In this document: in pieces, positions 24,201-36,947 of the stretch
How the letters are laid out: every line of letters starts with the position of its first letter
How positions within the stretch are numbered: the stretch's first letter is position 1
Assembly (NCBI RefSeq): GCF_020745735.1
Contig: NC_083422.1
Span: 47,368,001-47,432,000, forward strand
Length of the DNA stretch: 64,000 bases
From: Hemiscyllium ocellatum
Taxonomy: Eukaryota
Reading direction: 5' to 3'
Position numbers and translations under genes: made by a program
The notes under the pieces: generated by a model
Database searches by the model: none
What the model was told of the DNA's origin: nothing
What the model saw: the letters and a program-made list of their open reading frames with translations, nothing else

Positions 24201-27200
24201 AAGTCAACTGCAGTGAGTCCCTGTGCAGGTACAGGAAAGGGAGATTATAAATTAGAAAGCAGACAAAACAGGACAGACATTTCTGAAGAATTTGCTGTTG
24301 TTAAAACAATGTCAGTGTATCCAGTACCAATACAATGAGAGAATAGTTACAGCATAGGAAATAGCCATTCAGTCAATCATGTCTGTGCTAGCTTTCTGCA
24401 AGAACAATTCTCTCATGCCCTAAATAATCAACCTCCTTTACAGTATCATTATTTTATTGGTTCTACTTTCAACAACTCCACTTAAAGACATCAATCCCAT
24501 TTATCATGTTTATCACCTTATTTACATGTGCTCTTACCCCTTTACCAAGAGCGCCCCAACCTCTCCCGGCCCCTACACGATGTTGAAGAGATATGTTCCA
24601 GAATACATTCGCTCACATTTCAACTGATTTTTGTATGTTCTTGGAATGCCGGCATCATTGGCTAGGCCAGCATTTGTTGATCATCATTAAAGGACTTGGA
24701 ACAAGTACTGGTGAGCTGCCATCTTGAAATGCTGCAGTCTTTGGGTGTAGGAACATTCAGTGCCATTTGGAAAGACATCCCAATAATTTGACCCCGTGGA
24801 AGTGAGGGAATGATGATACAGCTCCAAGGCAAGATGATGTGTGGTTTGGAGAAGAACTTGCATGTGGTCTTGTTCCCAGGCATCTGCTTCTCTTGGTCTC
24901 CTACATGGTGAAGGTTGTGGGTTTGGAAGGTGCTTCAGAATCCCAAGGTCACTGGACCCAAAATGTTAACTTGGCTTTATCTCCACAGATGCTGCCAGAC
25001 CAGCTGAATTTATCCAGTTATTTCTGTTTATGAGATGCTTTAAGTCATTGCTTTTAGTCAGCAAGTCAGACTTTATAATTTGTGAACTAGTTACTCTGTG
25101 CCTCCTGCAAGGAAGTGGACTATGGGAATGAAAAGTACCTGGAGAAGAGATTGACAAACAGCAAGTCCAGACAAGCAGAAGGATCACCTCAGCAAACCCT
25201 TACTGGACTTCTTACTGCCTTCCCAGTTTTTCCCCTTACACATAACACCAATGTTTATCTTTGGCTGTGTGTAGGGTGCTTTACAAGGGAATTACAACAG
25301 TTGTATTATCTATCTGTTGCTAGAATCTATTTTGTTGATAATAAATAGTAACTCTAGTTAAGCACAGATATCTGGTTTTGTTTTCTATTAACCTGCATTT
25401 AAAAAGGCAGGTAAATTAGGGAATTTTGGGTACTTCGATAAAATGTGTAACCTTTGTGACAACTCTGGGAATAACAGGGCTTAATTTCCAGCCCACTATC
25501 CCAGTGAGGCATAACAATATGCAGACAGACAGCAGAAATTCACAACCAAGTATATATCATCCTGGAATTGAGGGATAGCCAACAACAATTCCATAAGTAA
25601 ACATTTTCTGTTTAGTACCAAGGAAGGAGGGAAGCCATAACAATTGAAAAAGAAACACTTGCTTCAGATTCTTATCTACTTCATTGACATAAACCAAGGT
25701 TCAAACGCTAATGTGAACAGGTTTTGAGATCTCACATCTGATAGTGACGTTGATTCCTCACATATTACACAAAAAGCAGAACAACAATTTATCACATTCA
25801 GATTTTGAATGAGCCACATCTAACTAGTAGCAAACATACGAAACAATAACGAGACTGAAATTATTCAGCCATCTCCAGCCAACTACTACTCTTCAGGTAT
25901 TCTGGGAATCATCATTCCCAGTGGTCTATCTGCTCCTAACCTAGTGTCGTACCAACAGTCTGATCGGTACTGGCTATTTCCTGCATTTGAGAAGTTCCTG
26001 GATATGGTGAGGAACAGGAAATCACACAGCAGGTCTAGCACCTTCTCAATGACATCAGGAAGGAGGTCCTTGACCAGGGAGTGGTCATTCGCAGGAAGAG
26101 GAGAGATTGCAACATATCCCTGTGTAGTAAACCACTCACCTGGTAAGCATTCAGGAAAGTGTAAAAGCATATGGAGGGCAAGCATTCCGGCCCCAGCTTC
26201 ACCCGTTTTGTGGCTTCCTTCATTATCATTATCTTGTCCAGTTTGTCAGAATCTTTTAGTTCAGGAAGTGGAATTCTAAAGGTGGTAAATAAAGACGATT
26301 AAAGGTATAATCCTTATCACATTCAGAATCCAATTGTGTCCAAATATAAAGTCAGTTCGATACAGGAGGCCATTTGGCCCATTTGATCGATGCTAGCTTT
26401 CTGTAGAGCTGCAGCTCAACCCTATTCCCCTGTTTTTTAAAAATATTCTTGAATGGGATGTGGACATCTCTGGCTAGGCTACCATTTATTGCCCATTCCC
26501 ATTTGCCCAGAAAGTAGATAATATTTCACCATATTGCTGTGGAATCACATATACAACAGACAAGGTGGATGTCCCTCCTGAAAAGACATTACTGAACCAG
26601 ATGACTCTTTGACAAGTTACATTGTAGCCAATTTCATCATTTAGCAAGGTGGGACTTGACCTAACATTCCCAGATGAACCATCTAGGGTTCTGAACTATT
26701 AGTCCAGTGACATTGCTCTCCATCTCTGTGGCTCTACATATTTTCTCCCTCTTAAGTGTAATTCTAATTTGGTTTTAAGTCACGAATGATCTCTGATTCA
26801 TCCAGCTTCGTAAGCAGTAGGGGTGCTTGGATAACAGTTCAAAACAACTCCTAACTTTGCAATCTCACACAGAAGAGATGTAGGTGAAAGTCACAAATGA
26901 GGTGCTGGAAAATTAGAGGTTGGCTAACATGGTGCCACTATTTAAGAAAGGTGGTAAGGAAAAGCCAGGGAACTACAGACCAGTGAGCCTGACATCGGTG
27001 ATGGGCAAGTTGTTGAAAGGAATCCTGAGGGACAGGATTTACATGTATTTGGAAAGGCAAAGACTAATTAGGGATAGTCAACATGGCCTTGTGCATGGGT
27101 AATCATGTCGCACTAACTTGATTGTGCTTTTTGAAGTAGTAACAAAAAGGATTAATGAGGGCAAAGTGGTGGATGTGATTTATATGGACTTCAGTAAGGC

Positions 27201-30200
27201 ACTGAACAAGGTTCCTCATGGTAAACTGGCTAGCAAGGTTAGATCTCATGGAATACGGGAAGAATTAGCCATTTGGATGCAGAACTGGCTTGAAGGTAGA
27301 AGACAGAGGGTGGTGATGGAGGGTTGCTTTTCAGACTGGAGGCCTGTGACCAGTGGTGTGCTACAAGGATTGGTGCTGGGTCCACTGCTTTTCATCATTT
27401 ATATAAATGATTTGGATGTGAACATAGGTGGTTTTAGTAAGCTTGCAAATGACATCAAAATTGGAGGTGTAGTGGACAGCGAAGAGGGTTACCTCAAAGT
27501 AACCAATGGGCCAAGGAGTGGCAGATGGAGTTTAATATAGATAAATCTGAGGTGCTGCCTTTTGGAAAGGCCGATCAGGACAGGACTTATTCACTTAATG
27601 GTAAGGTTCTGGGGAATGTTACTTAAAAAAAGACCTTGGAGTGCAGGCTCATAGTTCCTTGAAAATTGAGTCGCAGGTAGATAGGGCAGTGAAGGTGGCA
27701 TTTGGTATGCTTTCCTTCATTGGTCAGAGCATTGCGCATAAGAGTTAGGAGGTCATGTTGCAGCTGTACAGGACATTGGTTAAGCCATTCTTGGAATATC
27801 ATGTGCAATTTTGATCTCCCTCCTATCAGAAGGATGTTGTGAAACTTGAAAGGGTTCAGAAAAGATTTACAAGGATGTTGCCAGGGTTGGAGGATTTGAG
27901 CTACAGGGAGAGGCTGAATAGGCTGGGACTGTTTTCCTGGGAGCGTCAGAGGCTGAGGGGTGACCTAATAGAGATTTATAAAATCTTGAGGGACATGAAT
28001 AGGGTAAATAGACAAGATCTTTTCCCTGTGGTGGGGGAGTCCAGAACTAGAGGGCATAGATTTAGGGTGAAGGGAAAAATTTAAAAGGAACCAAAGGGGC
28101 AACTTTTTCATACAAAGGGTGATGCATGTATGGAATGAGCTGCCAGAGGAAGAGGTGCAGGCTGGTACAATTACAACATTTAAAAAGACATCTCGATGGG
28201 TATATGAATAAGAGGGGTTGAGGGGGATATGGGCCAAGTGCTGGCAAATGGCACTAGATTAGGTTAGGATATCTGGTCAGCATGGACGAGTTGGAGTGAA
28301 GGGTCTGTTTCCGTGAACATCTCTATGCTGAAATGGGCCAGGATTACACCACTAGAGGGTTGAGTGGTCTTAACCCACACTGTATCTGTCCTGGGACAGC
28401 TGATGTGTACAGTACAGAAGAATAGTTACTCTGTAATTAACTCTGTGCTGTACCTGTCCTCACTGTGTTTGGGACCATGTCGAGGTAGTATCAGCCTGCA
28501 TTCATCAAGGCACCAAATATTCTCCCACCCCACCAAGGACTCATTTTGAGATTCTCTTTGGGGCTATTTTCCTTGGTTTTCAGGGCTTCTTGCACGTTCT
28601 CACTAACTCATTTATTAGGTGATGCAGTCAAAAGTAACAATAACTCAAATATTTGTGTTGAGACATGGCAAATTAGACTCTTAAAGGAGCAGAATTAGAA
28701 GAACTTTTCAATGTCCTCTAATTTCCAGTTTCCATGAAGCATAAAGCCACAGCAAACCAAGGAAAGCATTAATTTCTCATACACCAGTGTATTTAAACTG
28801 GCAGAAGGCAGTAGGCACAAGTCAAGGTTTTGATTTCCAAAATGACTATACACTGTAATAAATAAAAACCATCATCCTAAATACACTTTCCACATACTGA
28901 TAAGGTCATGGCTAATGCATTTCTATCATATATAATCAAAGTTGGAAGAAGTTACTAATCTTTTAAATGCATCTCAGACCTGACTCGCAGATTTAAAAAC
29001 TGATTGTATTCATTAGAATAGCAAAGACACAATTTTCCCACTCAGTAGTTCCTGATCATATGCAGCTTAAAGCTAGAGACACCACAGTCATTTCCATGCA
29101 ATTCATCACACTACTGATTTCATGGCTCTTAGTTAGCTGAGTATTCCTTTGTTGACAAGTTTGAAACTATCTTGTTTCTTATTGCGGTCACTCTTTCCTC
29201 CCCCACTTGCAGATTGCACACACCTCACTCACCCCCAACCCATTTTTTGCCAGGCTCTGTGAAAGTGCTTTGTAGCAGTTATGACGAGATTCAGCTGTCT
29301 GATACCCTGGTGAGAAAGATTAAATAATGTTCTCCAAAAACAAAGAATGCGCGGTGTTATTGGAAGACAACCAAGGGATGGCACTAAGTGAAAAGCTCGC
29401 TTGGAGAGTCAGTGCAGACATGATGGGCCAAATCGTTTCCAACTGTGTGGTACAGTTGCGAGATAAAGGGGCATACTGTTTAAACATGGTTACTATCGCT
29501 TTGATTCAAGATTCAGAAATGATTTCATGGAGATGTTTATAATGGATGCATACACTTTTGTTTCTGCTAGAACAAATCAAGAACAAAGGAATAAGATCTT
29601 AAATTTCGAGCCGGATTGTTCAGAAGCACAAATGGGGGAAAAATAACCATACAGTATATATCTGGAACATGCTCCCTTCTGTTAAAGACTGTGAATGCAG
29701 CAGTCGACTGAAGCCTTCAAAATTGATCAATTTTTATTTGGTCAGATTATTAAATAATACAGAGCAAAAGCAAATGAATGATGTGGAGATCCACAACAGC
29801 CATGAGCTAACCAAACGATGCTCAAGAGGCTAGATGATGTCCCACTGCTCCCACTATTCACACTCTCTCAAAATTAACTCTACTAGCAACAATCAAGCAG
29901 CTCAGCTCTGTATTCAATGAAAAGAGTAGAAATGATCCAACAGCTGAACAGGATAGAAAGATTCTATGTAGGTTCACAGAGAGCCAGGAGCTGCAGGAAC
30001 ATATCTCTGTGATTTGTTGCCCCACTCACCTGTTCTGAGGGGGGGCATTGGGGTCCTGCTTCTTGCTCTTTGCACCCAGACTATCCTTCTTTGGCTTTTT
30101 CTTCTTTGGTTTCCCCTCCTCGTTCTCTCCTTCTTCATCCTCATCGTCAAGTGGAAGCTCAATCTCTGGCTCCTTCAACAACCCAAAGAACACCTGCCAA

Positions 30201-33200
30201 GATTTTGACAAGTTAACTGAGCCCAGTGCCCACATGCACCTATCCAGAAATTAAAACTTGGGAGCGCAGGGCATTACACTTCAGCGACTGAACATTCCAC
30301 AGCAAAATCTGGAACACTTTATTTGGGGATATTAATCTGTGGAGTATGGGGCTTAGTGTCTGGGAAAAAGATGCTTGAAGATTAGGATATAGGGTTCCAC
30401 AGATACTGAACCTATAGGAACGTGGTCAGCATCCACATGTTAATGACCCTTTAGTGAATGGGGTCTGGGGTCCCAAGATAAAGATCTTGTAAAGACCAGG
30501 GCAGGGATCCCAGGATGATGATCCTATAGAGAATGGGATCAGGGATCCCGGAACAAAGATCCTGTAGAGAACGGAGTAGGGATTCCAGGACAATGATCCT
30601 GTACAACAGGATCCATAGCGATTCTGTTGAAAGAGATTGTTCCTTACCTTGGTTTTGTTTGCCTCCCTCTTTGCTTCTCCGGCCATTCCCCCAGAAGTCA
30701 CCTCAATCTGTTGCTTACTCCTCGGCATCCCATCAAATACATCGATGAACAGTTGCTCCTGCACAATGTTCCAGATCTGGTTATTATGCCTCTCCTGTAA
30801 GTGACGTTTCAGGCACTGGTATGAGTCCCGTGAAATCCGTAGCACAAACTTACTTGTCCGAAAATCAAGCACTGTCTCATTCCCCTGCATGTGTTCCTTC
30901 TTCGACAGGCCAGCGAGTACTCGCAGGTCGTCATGGTAATATCCTTCCTGATCCCCATGATACCTGCAAACAACCAGAAAACAGGTTCAGACAGATTGCA
31001 GGAAATGTCAACCATATTCTCGAAGTAGCTCTCCCAAGATAAACCCATGGAACATAACCCAGACCCATGAACCTGAATTCCAGCAAATTCTTTGTTAACA
31101 GCGGCTCCCTGCCCCCCATTTTCAACTTTGACCATCATCAGGGATTTCCCCTGTTTAAAAGCAAATTAAGTTTACTAGCACAGGAGTTGATCATAAAAGA
31201 CTGATGTTTCCGGGAGCTATCATGCGCAAAGAGAAACATGTCCTCCTTCACTGAACACAACATATGCACAAGGGGCCTGACCCACAACTGCTAACTTTAC
31301 TTTGTATTAAGGGCGCTGTGGCCGAGAATGACGTCTGGGATACAGATGATAAGAATCCGTCTTCAAGAGAAAGGGTGGGAAGGAGGTTTCTTCTTAGCAT
31401 ATGCAGGGGAGAGGGCAAATGTAATGGGATGCAGACAAGGAAAATGTCCTTGCAGGCTGGAATTCAAAGTGGAAATTAGCTGGCATATTGGAGGGGGAGG
31501 TGAGGGAAAACTGGAGAATTCCATTGTTAAAGCATTGGAACAGGGCAGTTCATCTCCAAGTCTATTCCACTGTCATTCAATGTGATCATGGCTTAACTCC
31601 ACACGCCCCACCTTTGCCCCTGAGGCCATCATATCCTTCTGTAGCAAAGAAATTTTATCAATCAAGATTTAACATCAACAGCACTTGTGAAAGAGAACTC
31701 CAAACGCTATATATAGCTCTCCTTTAGTTTCAAAGATTCAAATGTTACTTCCATTTCTCCTTGACAAATGCTGCCAGACTTACTGAATCTCTCCAGAAAT
31801 TTGTTTTTACTTCACGTGTCAAGCAGTATTGCTTTTACTTAATTCCACTCCTTACAAGTTAGGCTTTTTTGCAAGACTCTGCTACATACTGGACTCCCTA
31901 GAACACTTAGTATCCAAGATTCCCAAGTCAGCAAGAATAGTCTGCTGATCCCAAACGACGTTAAAAACTTGTTTCCAGGGAATAGATTAGATTAGATTCC
32001 CCGAAGTGTGGAAATAGGCCCTTCGGCCCAACAAGTCCACACCAACCCTCCAAAGAATAATGCACCCAGTCCCATTTTCCTCTGACTAATGCACCTAACA
32101 CTATGGGCAATTTAGCATGGCCAATTCACCTGACCTGCACAGCTTTGGACTGGGGAGAATGTGCAAACTCCACAAAGAGTCACCCGAGGCTGGAATTGAA
32201 CCTGGGACCCTGGTGCTGTAAGGTAGCAGTGTTAACCACTGAGCTACCTGGATTACAACCCCAGATACTGTAACCTCTGTTACTGTACTTAACCAAGACA
32301 ATCCAGATAGGATTCTGGAGAATCTACAGTGCACTCTTCTACCATGTCTGCACATAAATCTGTAGGCTGTATCCTTACTATGACCTAACCAATGTTCAGC
32401 TCAAGTTCAATACAAATCAGAACCATAAGGATGAGCTATTAAGGATACTACAGTCATTATTATATTGATGATATTCCAAATATTGATAATAATTTGATGG
32501 TATTGGGGCCCCTCACTTGTGGAAGAAATGCCGAGCTTCCCTCTCATGCTCATTGTAAACCAGCTCCAGGTAAAGATGCACGAAGACCGGGTACAGGAGA
32601 GTGGACAGCTCGGCTTTGAAGGCATCCAGCGCCGTCTCGATGAAGCCCTTGAGGCCGGTGTAGTATTCCTCGTACAGGCTCGGGTCGCCCTCATTGCTGT
32701 AGGCCGAAAGCACCGAGCTGACGTCGGGCTGATGAACCGAGTCCGATCCCCTGTGGCCGGCCGTCCTCAGCAGCGACTCGTCCAGACTCTCCTGCAGGTT
32801 GGCCTCCTTCCTCAGGATCTCCTCGGCCTCTTTGAAGTGGTTCTTCTTCAGGAACTGCAGCACAGCCAGCAGCGTCTGTTTGTCGGGCAGCTCAGGTGTT
32901 GGGCCCGGGACTGGAGCCGGGCCTGCAGCGGGAGCGGGGCCCGGGACTGGGGCTGGTGCCGGAGCCGGAGCCGGGGCCGGGGCCGGGGCTGGGCCCGCGG
33001 CCGGACCCGGCTTGTGGTTTTCGGCCGGACTTTCACTCGGCTCCAGCTTGGGGACCAGGGTGGGAGAGGGGGTGGGGGACGGTGAAGGAGCGGGAGAAGG
33101 TGTCGGGGCTGGAGCTGGGGTTGGGGAAGGGGAGGGAGCAGGGCCTGGGCCCGGGGTTGAGGCCGACGCCGGGGCCTCACTTTGTGCCACCGCCGGCTCT

Positions 33201-33214
33201 GACACCGCCGCCAT
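18068..33214 (-). CDS. TAF5: TFIID subunit 5, 10 coding exons, 2304 nt, 767 aa
   Basis: LisH, NTD2 and WD40 repeats; all introns GT-AG with compatible phases; AATAAA (minus) at 17844-17849. Confidence 0.97.
19558..19735 (-). CDS. TAF5: TAF5 exon 9
   Basis: [12 protein letters not shown]...EILASG, 178 nt. Confidence 0.95.
19842..20019 (-). CDS. TAF5: TAF5 exon 8
   Basis: [13 protein letters not shown]...LTGHK, 178 nt. Confidence 0.95.
20750..20930. repeat. Degenerate ~30 bp minisatellite resembling the TAF5 exon 7 donor junction
   Basis: Units such as ACTCACCATGTCACTCAGTCGTGAC vs junction ACTCACCGTGCCACCCGATCATGGC. Confidence 0.65.
21797..21961 (-). CDS. TAF5: TAF5 exon 7
   Basis: [20 protein letters not shown]...GGHDRVAR, 165 nt. 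Confidence 0.95.
22959..23088 (-). CDS. TAF5: TAF5 exon 6
   Basis: [20 protein letters not shown]...SFSPDR, 130 nt. Confidence 0.95.
24100..24220 (-). CDS. TAF5: TAF5 exon 5
   Basis: [34 protein letters not shown], 121 nt. Confidence 0.95.
26140..26275 (-). CDS. TAF5: TAF5 exon 4
   Basis: [14 protein letters not shown]...[14 protein letters not shown], 136 nt. Confidence 0.95.
26900..28328 (+). mobile_element. CR1-clade LINE (HER1-like) 3' ~1.4 kb, frameshifted
   Basis: [53 protein letters not shown] and CR1 3'UTR. Confidence 0.92.
30030..30193 (-). CDS. TAF5: TAF5 exon 3
   Basis: [11 protein letters not shown]...PPQNR, 164 nt. Confidence 0.95.
30340..30620. repeat. Degenerate ~37 bp tandem repeat next to the TAF5 exon 2 donor
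   Basis: Recurring GGGATCCCAGGA..AAGATCCTGTAGAGAA. Confidence 0.65.
30648..30963 (-). CDS. TAF5: TAF5 exon 2
   Basis: [14 protein letters not shown]...EANKTK, 316 nt. Confidence 0.95.
31983..32245 (-). mobile_element. V-SINE (HE1-like)
   Basis: Homologous to 49338-49633 on the opposite strand. Confidence 0.85.
32517..33214 (-). CDS. TAF5: TAF5 exon 1 (P/A-rich N-terminus, LisH, start of NTD2)
   Basis: AAAATGGCGGCG start; [24 protein letters not shown]; donor AA|gtgagg. Confidence 0.93.
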
Positions 33215-33449
33215 TTTGACAGCGTCTGAGCGTTTCACGACACCACCGCTCCTTATAAAGTGGACGCCTCGTTTTACGGCAGTTTGGGCAAGCCGCTGCT
33301 CATCACTGTTTACGACAGTTTGGGCAAAGTGTAAATTGCTTTACGGATGATAGGGTGTCATGTTGAAGACAATGATTAATATTAAGGCCAAACAAAACAT
33401 TAAATCCTGTAACTCAGATTTCAATACTATTGATGTCAGATTTCACTAT

Positions 33450-33484
33450 CACCTGATGAAGGAGCGTCGCTCCGAAAGCTAGTG
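33450..33484 (+). ncRNA. Intact minimal type-I hammerhead ribozyme motif (family B) in pLTR fragment ~33444-33536
   Basis: CAC-CTGATGA-A-GGAGC-gtc-GCTCC-GAAA-GCTA-GTG; stems I and II fully paired. Confidence 0.8.
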
Positions 33485-34309
33485 TGTTTCCAATTAAACC
33501 TGTTGGACTATAACCTGGTGTTGTGTGATTTTTAACTGAAAAACAAAACAGAGACATGTTTAACAGTATTATGAAAGCTTTTCCAAAAAGAATTAGTTAC
33601 ATTCTCACTGTACAAATACAACTTTAAAACTCAAAGCAGCCCATGATCATCAACATGGGCCAAACTGGTCAAAGTTGGGAGCCACACGAATCCTCAGTGT
33701 GGCTCTTGGGGGCAAAAGTTGTAGGACAGGCCCTTTCTTTGTGAACAGTCAGCAGAACAGTAAGCCCAGGGGTGTTGGCCCTCGAGTCCATTTTTCTTCC
33801 TTTCAGAACAATCCTAATGTATTCTTGGTGACCCATCTCTTGTATCTTTGCGAAGAATCCAAAGCAACAGGGAAGCCAAAAAGCATCTCATGAAACACAG
33901 GGAATTCTGATATCCTGCAAGTCACCCACATCAAAACTGTCACCCTGCTTGAATCGTTCACTGTGAGAAAAATTGATCAGCTTAAGTGTCAGAATTTTGT
34001 GAACGAGAAAATGCAGTGTAATTTACAAAGTATCAGCATTTTTATTTATCTCAAGGTTACTTATTCTGCTTAGTGATAACTGGAAAATTAAAGCATGTCA
34101 CCAAGGAAAGAAAAATGTGTTCATATAGTGATAACTGGAAAATGTTACTCAATATAATTAATTGGTATTAATGATTAACTCATTCGCTTAATATTGGAAC
34201 AAATTTCCCTGCCAACCTTTAGCACAATCTTGATCCCTGGCCAGTGCCTCAACTCGATCAGACTGTTCTGAACATTTCCACTTCATTCAATTGTGGGACA
34301 TAAGCAATT

Positions 34310-36040
34310 TTTGTCAATCCCTAGTTACTCTTGAGAAAGTGGTGGTGAGCTGTCTTCTTGAACAGTTATATTCCATCTCTCATAGGAACTGCCATATGTC
34401 ATTAGTGAGAGAGTTTCAGAATTTTGATCCGCGACACTGAAGGAATGGTGATATATTTCCAAGTCAGGATGATGTGTAGGTCGGAGATGAACTTGCAGGT
34501 AGTAATGTTCCCATGTATCTACTACCCTTGTCTTTCTAGGCAGTAGAGGCGTCAAAATTTGAAAGTGTGATCAAAGGAGCCATGGTGAGTTGGCGCAGGG
34601 CATCTTGTACATTGTATACACTTCTGCCATTGTGCATCAGTGGTGAAGGGAGTGAATGTTGAAGCTGGTGGATGGGGTGCCAATCAAGTGTGCTGCTTTG
34701 TCCTGGATGATGTTGAGGTTCTTGAGTTTTGTAGGAGCTGTACTCAAACAGGCAAGTGCAGAGAATTCCATTACACTCCTATCTTGTGCTCTATAGATGG
34801 TGAACAGGTATTCCAGAGACTGGAGGTGAGTTGCTCACCACAGAATTCCCAGCCTTGGAACTGCTGTTGTAGCCACAGTAATTGTATTGCTTGTCTAGTT
34901 CAATTTTTGTTCAATGGTAACTCCAGGATGTTGATATTGGGGAATTCAGCAATGGCTCTGCCATTGGCCATCAAGAGGTGATGGATAGATTCTCTCTTTT
35001 TGAAGATGGGTATTGTCTGGCATTTGTGTGGCAAGAATGTTGTTTGCTACTTATTACATCAGACTTGGATATTGTCAAGGTCTTGCTCTTTATGTTAAAA
35101 ATACACAACACCAGGTTATAGTCCAACAGGTTTAATTGGAAGCACACTAGCTTTCGGAGCGACGCTCCTTCATCAGGTGACAGTAGAGGGCTCAATCCTA
35201 ACACAGAATTTATAGCAAAAATTTACAGTGTGATGTAACTGAAATTATACATTGAAAAATTGATTGTCTGTTAAGCCTTTCATCTGTTAGAATACAGTGA
35301 TAGTTCACTTTCATGTGTAAAGAAGTGAAACTATCACTGCATTCTTACAAATAAAAGGCTTAACAGACAATCAATTTTTCAATGAATAATTTCAGTTACA
35401 TCACACTGTAAAGTTTTGCTATAAATTCTGTGTTAGGATTGAGCCCTCCACTATCACCTGATGAAGGAGTGTCGCTCTGAAAGCTAGTGTGCTTCCAATT
35501 AAACCTGTTGGATTATAACCTGGTGTTGTGTGATTTTTTTTAGCTTTGTACACCCCAGTCCAATACCAGCATCTCCAAATCATTGCTTTTATGGACATGG
35601 GCTGCTTCAGTATCTGAGCTGTTGTGAATAGTGCTGAACATTGTGCAATGATCAGAGAACATCACCACTTCTGACCTAATGATGGAGGGAAGGCCATTGA
35701 TGAAGCAGATGAAGATGGCCTAGGAGGCCTTGGACATTACCGTGAGGTATTCCTGCAAAGATGTTATAGAACTGAGATGAATGACCTCCCACAATCCAAA
35801 CATCTTCCTTTGTGTCAGGTATGACTCCAATCAACGGAGAGTTTTCTCCTTAACTCCAGTTTTGCTATGGCTCCTTGATGTCATACTTCATCAGTTGCCA
35901 TGTTGATGTCAAGGGCAGTCACTCTCACTGGTCCTGGGGCACAAGTCTTCAATACTATTGTCAGAGCTCATAGCTTCTGCAGTATCCAGTACCTTCATCC
36001 ATGTCTTGATATCACATGGAGTGAATCAAATTGACTGAAG
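34310..36040 (-). mobile_element. Old CR1/L2-group LINE, interrupted by palindromic element
   Basis: Colinear with ~11840-13150. Confidence 0.65.
35095..35582. mobile_element. ~490 bp palindromic pLTR element with two divergent family-B hammerheads (35145-35179 minus, 35455-35489 plus)
   Basis: ~220 bp inverted arms centred near 35315; imperfect TSD TTGCTCTTTATG / TTGCTTTTATG. Confidence 0.85.
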
Positions 36041-36085
36041 ACTGCCTATCGCCACCTTCATAATGTCACTCACTTAGACCTTACA

Positions 36086-36134
36086 TTCTACTTGATCGCA
36101 TACATTTAAATTGGAACAATACAGAGAAAATTAG
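36086..36134 (+). pseudogene. U6 snRNA 5' fragment (decayed)
   Basis: AAATTGGAACAATACAGAGAAAATTAG vs U6 AAATTGGAACGATACAGAGAAGATTAG; 3' half of U6 absent. Confidence 0.75.
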
Positions 36135-36734
36135 TCTATCTGCTGGTGGAAATGTCTTCTATATTTTATCAAGACTGGATTCAATTAATCTAATGCTGTA
36201 CTCACCTCTACACATATGCATGCATATTGCTCTCCCCCACACCATCTCTTTTCCATGCTGAGTAAACTTTGGTTTGTCCAAATCTCTGTTGCTGTATCTT
36301 GACCCACACCAAGTCAAAAATAGGTGGGAAGACAAATGCTGAGGATGCCACAAAGAATCTACAAAAGAAATAAGTGGCCAAAGCTCGGCAAATGGAATAT
36401 AATGTGAGTTATGTACCTTGGCAGGAAGAACAGAGGGGCTGAATATTATTTAAATGTAGAAATAATGCAGAAAGCTGCAGAACAGTGAGCTTTTGGAGTT
36501 CTCATCTATGAATCACAAAAAGCTAACACCCAAATTCGGCAGGTATCAGAGAAGGCAAATGAAATTTTGGCCTTTATTTCAAATAAGGGGGTTTCGCTAA
36601 AACTATACAAGGCACTAATCAGTCAACAGCAGAAATGTTGTGAACAGTTTGGCTTCTTTATCCATGGGAAGATATTCTGACTTTGGAGGCAGATCATTAG
36701 GTTGATACCAGATGTGGAGAGACTGCCTTATGAG

Positions 36735-36947
36735 TAAAAAGTGAGGTCTGCAGATGCTGGAGATCACAGTTGAAAATGTGTTGCTGGTTAAAGCACAGCA
36801 GGTTAGGCAGCATCCAAGGAACAGGAAATTCGACGTTTTGGGCCAGAGCCCTTCATTCCTGATGAAGGGCTCTGGCCCGAAACGTCGAATTTCCTGTTCC
36901 TTGGATGCTGCCTAACCTGCTGTGCTTTAACCAGCGACACAATTTCG
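36735..36947 (-). mobile_element. Palindromic pLTR mini-element (family A) with perfect 14 bp TSD
   Basis: GACTGCCTTATGAG at 36721-36734 and 36948-36961; highly similar to 9323-9534. Confidence 0.9.
36855..36890 (+). ncRNA. Intact minimal type-I hammerhead ribozyme motif (family A)
   Basis: ATTC-CTGATGA-A-GGGC-tctg-GCCC-GAAA-CGTC-GAAT; predicted cut after GUC at 36886. Confidence 0.82.

Noticed and set aside
33215-33238. ORF-track start for TAF5 at 33238
   Set aside because: Non-ATG start; the ATG at 33214 has a strong context
32519-33350. Plus-strand ORFs of 107-188 aa
   Set aside because: Antisense shadows of GC-rich TAF5 exon 1
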